A stretch of DNA of 64,000 nt from Promethearchaeota archaeon (GTDB taxonomy: Archaea; Asgardarchaeota; Lokiarchaeia; Sigyniarchaeales; SOKP01), in NCBI GenBank assembly GCA_019058445.1, contig JAHPZA010000003.1, positions 607,811-671,810 on the forward strand, read 5' to 3'. Position numbers and translations under genes: made by a program. This document shows, piece after piece, positions 50,615 through 59,031 of this stretch. Positions within the stretch are counted from its first letter, which is position 1. The number at the start of each line of letters is the position of its first letter. The notes below the pieces were generated by a model. That model was not told the DNA's origin. It ran no database searches and saw only the letters and a list, made by a program, of their open reading frames with translations.

Positions 50615-51274
50615 TTATCGTAATTGCGCATAAGGCAATGTAAATACCAGTTCTGCGTGCTCTTTCGGTGCGATTTGTCGGAGTTGGGTAAAAAAATCTC
50701 TGCTAAAATCAACAGGTGGTTCGTAACCTTTTGTATACCCATCCAGTATAAAATCCATCCCTCTCCATAAATCAATCACCTCATTAGGGCTTCCGCCAAT
50801 TGGTCGCCAACTAGCGATAATAGGAAACACTTTGGCCGCTTCTTCCAAGCCAGTTCGAAATTCAGACATCTTATCAGGCGCTACTTCGAGTGTTGCCAAC
50901 AGATAAACCTTGAGGGGCTTTCGTTGACTTCTTTTTATTGCCTTATGTAAAACTTTTGGTTGTACTGGTCCAAGTGGCTCTAATAGCCGAGATTTTCGTT
51001 CAGGGGCAAATTCCTCCAAACGAGCAGAATATTCTCCCCATGCAGAATCTTGACTAGCTTTCATACGGAAAGACTTCAATGCCTCCATATCATCAAACTC
51101 CATAATTTGAGTTACTTGAGAGAACCATTCGGTGTTACTATACCAACTAGCTATTAGACGTGAACCAAGGCGTTCACAAATAGGAACCAATTGTTTCTGA
51201 GCGAAATTAATAAATTCTTCAAGAGTTACTGGACTGGCTGGTATGAGATTAAATTTCTCCTCTAAATAAATCAT
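50615..51274 (-). CDS. NIPSNAP-family protein (two domains)
   Basis: Two dimeric alpha-beta barrel units: LIASWYS..QVTQIMEF; IIASWRP..NEVIDLW. Confidence 0.7.
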   Translation of the reverse strand: MIYLEEKFNLIPASPVTLEEFINFAQKQLVPICERLGSRLIASWYSNTEWFSQVTQIMEFDDMEALKSFRMKASQDSAWGEYSARLEEFAPERKSRLLEPLGPVQPKVLHKAIKRSQRKPLKVYLLATLEVAPDKMSEFRTGLEEAAKVFPIIASWRPIGGSPNEVIDLWRGMDFILDGYTKGYEPPVDFSRDFFTQLRQIAPKEHAELVFTLPYAQLR

Positions 51275-51478
51275 ACGTTCTACCCTCTATTCTATTACTT
51301 TTATCTTGATTTAGATTTTAATTTTTTATTAAAAAGCAATATGAATAAAAAAAGATTAACTTAATTGAAATTTAGCTTTTTATCCTACAATAGGAATAAT
51401 TCTTCAATTAATTTTGTGACTTGAAATAATCCATAAGTCATTAATTTATTTTAAAACTATAGTTATCTTCTAATTAAT

Positions 51479-54382
51479 TTAATCAGATTTAGGGAGTAAG
51501 ATGACAATATTGTTACCTTTGGTATAATCTCCTTTTACCTTATCTTCAATCCAAATTTGTCCACCATAACTATTTAGAATTCGGTCTGCAAGTATAAAGC
51601 CTAATAAAACACCTTTTGTGTCTCTCTCATTTCTTTCAAAAAAGTTTCCCCTTTTTTCATCTGAATGCCTAATCCCATTATCCATAATTTCGATTTTTAA
51701 ATAGGTTATATCGTCATTATGCTCGTTAGAGATTTTAATCTCAAGTTCTACTACAGAATTCTCATTATATTTCACAGCATTAATCAAAATATTTTCAAAT
51801 AGATCTAGTAAGAGATCATTTGCTTTAATAATGAATTCATTACAGTTAGGGTCAATATTTACTTTAATTTTTTTATGGCTGAAATTATTTTGTATTTGCT
51901 CTATTGCTTTTTGTAAAATACTTAAAACATCTATTCTTTTTATATTAATCTTAGCGTCTTCAATAGCAGATAATTTTTGAACCTTGGAAACTAAATCTAC
52001 TCCCTCTATGCAATGCTCTATGACAGTTTGCAAAACTTTACCCATTTGATCCAACTTTTTGGGATTGTTATGATAATCTGATAAATGATTTAAAGATAAT
52101 TGGATATTTTTAAAAATTTTTGACATATCATTAGCAAAAAGCTCTTTGTAAAAATTTACTCGATCATAAGCATCATGAAATTTTGCCTCACTTAATTGTA
52201 ATGCCTCCATTGTGTGCTTTAATTTCAATTCAGCTTCTTTTCGTTCTGTAATATCGTTAGCAATTATCTGTATGAAAATATCACCGTTAACTTTGACAAG
52301 AGAAGCATATACATTTGTCCAAATGCTTAAGCCGTCTTTTTTTTTCATTTTTATATCAATAAAAGTTAATGTTTCTCCTTTTATTGTATTTTTAAGGGAT
52401 TCTCCTAACAGTAAAATATATTTTGGATGAAAAATGGATAATTTTTGATCAAATAGTCTTTTTTTTATGAGTTCTTCCCTTGTATGACCAAATAATTCTT
52501 CTACTGCAGGATTACAATCAATAATTACTCCATTGAAATCGATTAAAAAAATAGCCAATGGAGAGCTTTGAAAGAGATGCCTATATTTGTTTTCAGAAGA
52601 TATTAACTGTTTTTTTGCTTGAATACGTTCAGTAATATCCCTTAGGATACATTGTATTAAGTTTTGGCGACCAATTTGAATTTCACTGGTATTTACTTCG
52701 ACCGGAATAAAATAATCATGTGGGGTTCTAATCTTCATTTCAATTGGTGGTGAATTTGCCAATTCAATTTGCATTAAAATTTGATCTTTAAAATTTTGAC
52801 TATACTCCTCAATTTCAATTTGGCTTGAGTGAATCCCGATAATATCTTCAAGAGGTTGTTGTAGCAATTTTTCTGCTTGTTCATTAGCATCTACAATAAT
52901 TCCTGACTTTCTATCTATAATAAGAATCGCATCTCTTGCAGCTTTGAACAAAGCTTGATAGCGTAGCTCAGCAATTCGTAGAGCTTGAACTGTAGGTTTA
53001 AAAGTTTTTAGTTTCTCTAAAATAGTTTCATGAATTTCTTCCAATACTTTTAAAACTCGAGAAGTGTTGCTATAAAATTTTTTTATTTGAGTAAATTTCT
53101 CAAATACATAAATATTAAATTGATTGATAATTCCTGTTGGAATATCATCAGTATAAAAGATAACGAGAGATAAAGGAAGTCGCCCTCCTCTAATATTCTG
53201 ATCATACACATAATCAAAATATACAGCTGCTTTCATTTTAAGATGCGAAAGAGGTAATGTTAAAGAAGTTCTTTTGAACTTATCTCCTCCAAATATAAAT
53301 TGAGAGATTGAGAAACAGCGGATCGCAATTAATTCAGGATCATCAAAAAAATCCTGAGGATATAATTTTAAAGTATTAAGACCTAAATTATCATCCCAAA
53401 TTGAGAAGAGAACTCCTAAATTATTTTTTTGAGTTGGATTTATTTTATTTGATATTTTTTGAGAAAGCCAATAGAAAGCTTCTCCTATATTTTTACCTGT
53501 AAGACCACATGTAGGAAAGATTTTAAAAGATCTATCTCCAAGTCCATCTAAATTCATTATTTTGCTTAATGTTTTAATATTAGGTTCTTTTAAATCAGTT
53601 TTATTAAAAAGAATAAGAATAGGAACATTTTTCATTTCTGATTTACTAACAATCTTGTGGAAGATATTTCGAGCGTAATCAAATTTTTCAATATCAGCAA
53701 TATCTAAAACAAAGACAAGCCCATCCTGATTTTTTAAGTAAGGTTCCCATAAACTCCTTAATTTTATTTGTCCAGGCGTATCATATATATAAAGTGATAA
53801 ATTATTGATTAATATTCGTGAAATATCTATATGCCTTGTAGGAAGTGGATTTTTTTTTATAGTTTTTTTAAGACAATTTATAATTGTTGTCTTACCTGCC
53901 TGATAAAGTCCAAATATCAAGATTTTTGCGTCTTTGCGGTCAAGTACAACACTTTCTGTGGGAAATGTCTCGTAAAAAGAATAAAATAATTTCTTAATTT
54001 CTTCTAATTTTTTTTCATCTCCTTGAAAATCCTTATTATCTATATAAAATGCTTTATATGCCTCATTAATTTTCTTAAATTCTTTTTCAAATCCTTCTAA
54101 TAGTTCTTTTGATAAATCAAAATTTATATTAGTACTAATGTCAATAATGAGTGAAATGAGCAATAATTCTCTTTTACCACGTCCATATTCACTTGGAATT
54201 TCAAAAATCAGATTAGCACTCTTAAAACTTCCAAATATATGAATATAAAATCCCTCATCATAGATATCCATTAAAGAAGTAATTTGTTCTAGTTCATTTT
54301 CTATTACTATAGACTTTGGAGTTTTTAATAATATTTTTGGTCCGTAAAAAAGATCAAAATAACTTAAAGCTAGAATTCTCAA
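51479..54382 (-). CDS. Longin/uDENN - Arf-like GTPase - longin/uDENN - PAS - PAS - degenerate histidine kinase fusion
   Basis: FDLFYGPK; GLYQAGKTT, DTPGQ, NKTD; WDDNLG; two PAS domains ending DITER; ANDMSK H-box; ENILINAVKY N-box. Confidence 0.85.
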   Translation of the reverse strand: MRILALSYFDLFYGPKILLKTPKSIVIENELEQITSLMDIYDEGFYIHIFGSFKSANLIFEIPSEYGRGKRELLLISLIIDISTNINFDLSKELLEGFEKEFKKINEAYKAFYIDNKDFQGDEKKLEEIKKLFYSFYETFPTESVVLDRKDAKILIFGLYQAGKTTIINCLKKTIKKNPLPTRHIDISRILINNLSLYIYDTPGQIKLRSLWEPYLKNQDGLVFVLDIADIEKFDYARNIFHKIVSKSEMKNVPILILFNKTDLKEPNIKTLSKIMNLDGLGDRSFKIFPTCGLTGKNIGEAFYWLSQKISNKINPTQKNNLGVLFSIWDDNLGLNTLKLYPQDFFDDPELIAIRCFSISQFIFGGDKFKRTSLTLPLSHLKMKAAVYFDYVYDQNIRGGRLPLSLVIFYTDDIPTGIINQFNIYVFEKFTQIKKFYSNTSRVLKVLEEIHETILEKLKTFKPTVQALRIAELRYQALFKAARDAILIIDRKSGIIVDANEQAEKLLQQPLEDIIGIHSSQIEIEEYSQNFKDQILMQIELANSPPIEMKIRTPHDYFIPVEVNTSEIQIGRQNLIQCILRDITERIQAKKQLISSENKYRHLFQSSPLAIFLIDFNGVIIDCNPAVEELFGHTREELIKKRLFDQKLSIFHPKYILLLGESLKNTIKGETLTFIDIKMKKKDGLSIWTNVYASLVKVNGDIFIQIIANDITERKEAELKLKHTMEALQLSEAKFHDAYDRVNFYKELFANDMSKIFKNIQLSLNHLSDYHNNPKKLDQMGKVLQTVIEHCIEGVDLVSKVQKLSAIEDAKINIKRIDVLSILQKAIEQIQNNFSHKKIKVNIDPNCNEFIIKANDLLLDLFENILINAVKYNENSVVELEIKISNEHNDDITYLKIEIMDNGIRHSDEKRGNFFERNERDTKGVLLGFILADRILNSYGGQIWIEDKVKGDYTKGNNIVILLPKSD

Positions 54383-54728
54383 TGATATACCCCTTGATAT
54401 TCCATTGTATTGTAAATAATATGGAATTTTATATTTTAAAAGTGTATTTATATAAGTTTCCTAAATGGTTTATGATTTTTAGAGCAATATAACACAAGTT
54501 TTTATTAATTTATTTTCAAACTTTGTGCTTTTGATATTTTGCAATAAAATTTTATCCGAATTTATAGTAGTCCTACTTAATTTAAATTTATGCCTTTTTT
54601 CACAGGAAAAATATGAATTTCAATCTAATAAGAAATCTTTGCTAAAACTCTCAAAAGAATAATTTACTTAAAAATAAAGATATAAATTGGATAATTTTTA
54701 CCATATTAAATAAAGATATTTTAGACAT

Positions 54729-55700
54729 ATGGAAAAATATTCAAGGTTAGAAATTTTGAAAAATAAAGAAAAGGAAAATTCCAATGGGATTAAAATTTTA
54801 TTCACAGGGCTGGATAATGCGGGTAAATCGTCAATAATTCTATCACTATTACGTGAATTCTCAAAAATTGGGATTATTAGACCAACAAAAGGAGCTCAAA
54901 GAAGAGTTTATGAATTCTTAGGAATGAATATAAGCGAATGGGATCTCGGAGGTCAAAAGAAATATCGTGATTCATACTTAAAAGATTATGATTTGTTTTT
55001 TGGTAGAACTGATATAATGATTTATGTGATTGACATTCAAAATCCTGACAGAATTTCAGAATCTTTAACTTATTTAAATGATATAATAGAGAATTTCAAA
55101 AAGCTGAAGATCGAACCTGGAATTTATGTATTTTTTCATAAAATTGACCCAGAGATATATAATAAAGCTCAAAAAGAAATTGAGAGTATTATATCAAAGA
55201 TAAAAAACCAAATGGAAAAAAAAATCAATTATAGAAAAATTAATTTTAATTCAACTTCGATCTTTGATTTATCATCAATTCTTAATGCGATGTCTGAAAT
55301 TCTAATAACTAAATTTCCGAAATCTAGATTAATTAACGATACGATTGATGAATTTACCAGAAAATTTAATGTAGAAGGATTAGAAATTGTAGATGATAAC
55401 TCTTTCATTATTGGATCTTACTATAATGATGATTTTATTAAAAATTTATTAAATTCTACTGTTCCCTACTTCTTAAAATTAAATGATGCCTTTGAAGATG
55501 TGAAATCCGAACAATGTCAACCTGAAGATAAAATGATGATTCATAGATTCGGAAAAGTCTTTTTATTTAAAAAATTCACTTTGCAGAAAGAAGCTCCATT
55601 TTATTACCTGCTAATCTGCAAGGAAGAGGGATCAGAATTGAATGAACAAGATTATAAAGCTCTTATTAATTTATTAAAAAAAATTTTATCTAAAGAATAA
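54729..55700 (+). CDS. Rag/Gtr-like small GTPase with C-terminal roadblock/longin-like domain
   Basis: GLDNAGKSS, PT, WDLGGQ, Rag-type G4 HKID and G5 TSIFD; ~120-aa C-terminal alpha/beta domain. Confidence 0.85.
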   Translation: MEKYSRLEILKNKEKENSNGIKILFTGLDNAGKSSIILSLLREFSKIGIIRPTKGAQRRVYEFLGMNISEWDLGGQKKYRDSYLKDYDLFFGRTDIMIYVIDIQNPDRISESLTYLNDIIENFKKLKIEPGIYVFFHKIDPEIYNKAQKEIESIISKIKNQMEKKINYRKINFNSTSIFDLSSILNAMSEILITKFPKSRLINDTIDEFTRKFNVEGLEIVDDNSFIIGSYYNDDFIKNLLNSTVPYFLKLNDAFEDVKSEQCQPEDKMMIHRFGKVFLFKKFTLQKEAPFYYLLICKEEGSELNEQDYKALINLLKKILSKE

Positions 55701-55897
55701 TATAACGAATATCAATTAAATTATTTCATGTTTTTTTAATTTTTTAAAAATTTTCAAGATGATAATAAATTTAGATTACAGAAAACAGACATAAAGTAAA
55801 TATTCATTGTTCAAATTTTACACTCTTTATAGGATTATATTTAATTTAAGAAAGGATTTAATTATAATGAAATAGTTAGGTGGAAATAAAAAATAAA

Positions 55898-57313
55898 TTA
55901 ATTAAATTTTGGTTTTTTATCTTGCCAGGGGGCTATTTCTTCAAATGCTTGAGAAACTTGAAGTACTGTTAACTCATCATATTTTCTTCCAATAATTTGC
56001 AAACCAATTGGTAATCCATTTTTAGACCATCCACAAGGAATAGAGGCAGCAGGATTCCCGATTAAATTAATTGGAAATGAAAATGCCTGCCATGCAGTAG
56101 GTGAAACATTTTTATTGTTAATTTGAGATGGGTAAGTTATTCCTAAATCAAATGCGGGAACAGCGGTCATAGGAGTAATCAAAATATTAAAATCTTTGAA
56201 AATTTTATAAAAACTATCATAAATCTCTTTTCTTGCATTCATTGCATTTATAATGGCCATCCCATCATAGCCTAGTCCGCCATCAATCATTTTTAATAAC
56301 GCGGGATCCATTTTTTCTCTCCATTTTCTTAAGTTTGATTTCATACTGTATGCAATTTCAGATGTCCATATAGTGTAAAACGCTAACTCTTGTTTTCTAA
56401 TTTTCATTTTAATCTCCTCTGGATCCCATCCAAACTTATTAAATTTCTGCACCGATTCTAGAACGTTCTTTTCTACTTCCATATCAATTTCTTTGGCATA
56501 TCCCATATTAAGGGAAAAAGCTATTTTTAGTTTATTTGGTTTTTCATCAACTTTATCTAAATAATTAATATTGTTATTTGGTAGGGAATATCTATCTCCC
56601 TCAAAAAACCCTTTCATCACATCTAACATTAAAGCAGCGTCTTTAACATATCGAACAAGGGGTCCTGCAGCAGATAATGTGTGAGCAAAAATATATTCTT
56701 TAGGATAATTAGGTACTCTTCCAAAATTAGGTTTTATACCATAAACTCCATTTAGAGACGCTGGAATTCTTATTGACCCACCTCCATCAGAACCTTGAGC
56801 TAAAGGACTTATTCCTGAAGCCACAGCAGCCCCAGCTCCGCCACTTGATCCCCCACATGTTTTTTTGAAATTCCAAGGATTTACAGTTGTCCCGAAAATT
56901 GCATTGTCTGTGACCCCTTTGAATCCAAATTCTGGTGTATTGGTTTTTCCCAGAATAACACACCCTGCCTCCTTCAATCTTTCAACATATATACAATCCT
57001 CTTCAGGGATATAGTTTTCATAAATTTTTGAACCAAATGTGGTTCTTATCCCTTTGGTTAATGATAAATCTTTAATTGAGGTTGGAACTCCATTAATTAA
57101 TCCTCCTTCACCCATTTTAGCAATTTCATCAGCTTTCTTAGCCATTTCTCTCGCTAAATCGAATGTTGGAGTACAATAAGCATTTATAATGGGATTAATC
57201 TTTTCAATTCTCTCAATTATAGCTTCCGTAATCTCTATTGAGCTTAATTCTTGGGTTTTTATCTTTTCTGCCATTTCATAAGCAGGCATATAGCAAATAT
57301 CTTCTTTATTCAT
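55898..57313 (-). CDS. Amidase signature family protein
   Basis: SIKD, GKTNTPEF, GGSSGG, GSDGGGSIRIPAS. Confidence 0.92.
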   Translation of the reverse strand: MNKEDICYMPAYEMAEKIKTQELSSIEITEAIIERIEKINPIINAYCTPTFDLAREMAKKADEIAKMGEGGLINGVPTSIKDLSLTKGIRTTFGSKIYENYIPEEDCIYVERLKEAGCVILGKTNTPEFGFKGVTDNAIFGTTVNPWNFKKTCGGSSGGAGAAVASGISPLAQGSDGGGSIRIPASLNGVYGIKPNFGRVPNYPKEYIFAHTLSAAGPLVRYVKDAALMLDVMKGFFEGDRYSLPNNNINYLDKVDEKPNKLKIAFSLNMGYAKEIDMEVEKNVLESVQKFNKFGWDPEEIKMKIRKQELAFYTIWTSEIAYSMKSNLRKWREKMDPALLKMIDGGLGYDGMAIINAMNARKEIYDSFYKIFKDFNILITPMTAVPAFDLGITYPSQINNKNVSPTAWQAFSFPINLIGNPAASIPCGWSKNGLPIGLQIIGRKYDELTVLQVSQAFEEIAPWQDKKPKFN

Positions 57314-57430
57314 TTTTCATCACATTTAATGTTCTAATATAATTTTTAATTATGATGAGAGAACTTAAAAGATTTAATATAAAAAATTAAAAATAAAAAT
57401 ATTAAAAAATAATAGAAATGCTTTTATTAC

Positions 57431-58831
57431 TTAGGTTTGTCTTTCCCTCTTTTTGGCATGCAATTTTTCGATATCTTGTTTTAGTTGTTCATACTTTTCC
57501 TTTGTAATCGGAAAACGTGAAATCACGATTAGCCCAATGGTTAATGCAATTGCCGGGAAAACGAACATCAATATCCTTAGTCCTAATATTATATTTTCGG
57601 TGGCAACAGGTTCAAATACAGCCCAACCGACGGTATTAAAAACAAGACTTATACTAATTATTACTAAAATGGTGGATAATTTAGTAATCAACGCATTTAT
57701 GCCAAAATATCCCCCATCACGCCTAGTACCTATCTTTAATTCGTCATCATCGATAATCGCTGAAAGAATAATATCACCAAAATAGATCGCACCTGAAAGA
57801 CCTAATCCAACAAATATAAAGGCGAAAAAAGCAGCTGTTATATCAGATATAAACATAAATGGCGATAAGGTTGCTATAAATGTGATTATCGAAATCATTA
57901 CTCCCTTCTTCATCCCCACTTTAATCGTGATATACCGCCATAGGGGCATACAAAATGCAGCAGATATGAATGCTAATCCAAGTAATAGTCCCAATAAATA
58001 AGCATCTCCCTCTCCAATCCCCAGAACAAATCTTCCATAGAGTGGAGCAATAATTGGAAGCATACCGACCACAAACCAATACATCAAGTTCATTACAATA
58101 AAAATCCGAAAGTTTTTGTTCTTTAATGAATATTTTAATGAGGTTAGTATAGGAGGAGCGGTTTTATAATCTTCCGAAAATTCTATTCTTTCTTTAATAC
58201 CAAATTTTATCATTATTATTGCCCCGAAAATTATGAAAATTATCATCGTCAGTGCGGCATACATATAATTAACAATATATTTTTTATTTGTTAAATCGGG
58301 AATGATAATTGTAGGGATTATGAATACAAATAGCAGACCAATTATTGTAAATAGTTGTTTAAAAGCACTTGCCTTTGCTCTTTGGTCTAAATCCTGAAAT
58401 TGCTCTGGAAAAAGAGCGCAATAATTTAAATCGTACATTGTAAAAAAAGTATCAAATAATATTAATATAACAAGAAAATAGATAAAGGAAATTAATTCTC
58501 CGCTAACTGGTGGGGTGTATAGCAAAACTATAACAATGCATAAAGGAATCAAACCACCTACGATATATGGAGTTCTTCTTCCCCATCTCGTTTTCGTTCT
58601 GTCGGATAATGCCCCAAGCAATGGGTCGTTAATCGCGTTCCATAAAGACCAAAGAATGAATCCTAATGTAATAAGATTGACATTTAATCCCACTATCGCA
58701 AAGTAAAAAGTAAAAAGATAAATCGTGATCATTTGAAGAGCTATAGCATCCGAGAATTGGCCTACTCCAAATGCTAAAAAACGTTTTGTAGATATTTTTT
58801 CCCCTAATTCCGTTTTTTTATCCATAATCAA
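57431..58831 (-). CDS. GPH-family (MelB-like) MFS sugar/cation symporter
   Basis: NAINDPLLGALSDRTKTRWGRRTPY, IIDDDE..GTRRDG.YFG. Confidence 0.9.
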   Translation of the reverse strand: MIMDKKTELGEKISTKRFLAFGVGQFSDAIALQMITIYLFTFYFAIVGLNVNLITLGFILWSLWNAINDPLLGALSDRTKTRWGRRTPYIVGGLIPLCIVIVLLYTPPVSGELISFIYFLVILILFDTFFTMYDLNYCALFPEQFQDLDQRAKASAFKQLFTIIGLLFVFIIPTIIIPDLTNKKYIVNYMYAALTMIIFIIFGAIIMIKFGIKERIEFSEDYKTAPPILTSLKYSLKNKNFRIFIVMNLMYWFVVGMLPIIAPLYGRFVLGIGEGDAYLLGLLLGLAFISAAFCMPLWRYITIKVGMKKGVMISIITFIATLSPFMFISDITAAFFAFIFVGLGLSGAIYFGDIILSAIIDDDELKIGTRRDGGYFGINALITKLSTILVIISISLVFNTVGWAVFEPVATENIILGLRILMFVFPAIALTIGLIVISRFPITKEKYEQLKQDIEKLHAKKRERQT

Positions 58832-59031
58832 TCAATCTACCTTAATTATTCTGTTTCAATAGAATATTAAAGATCAAATTATTGATTTAACAATTGTTTT
58901 TCCTCTATATATACCTTAACGAAAAAAGGGTTTTCTAAATATTTTTATAGAATCTCATTCAATTATCAATTAATTTTCTTTTTTATATTTATTTTAAAAT
59001 TTTTAGGTAATTAAAAAAAGAGTTGATTTAA

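Noticed and set aside
55898-57313. gatA assignment
   Set aside because: No gatB/gatC adjacent and no GatA-specific segments recognised; generic amidase.
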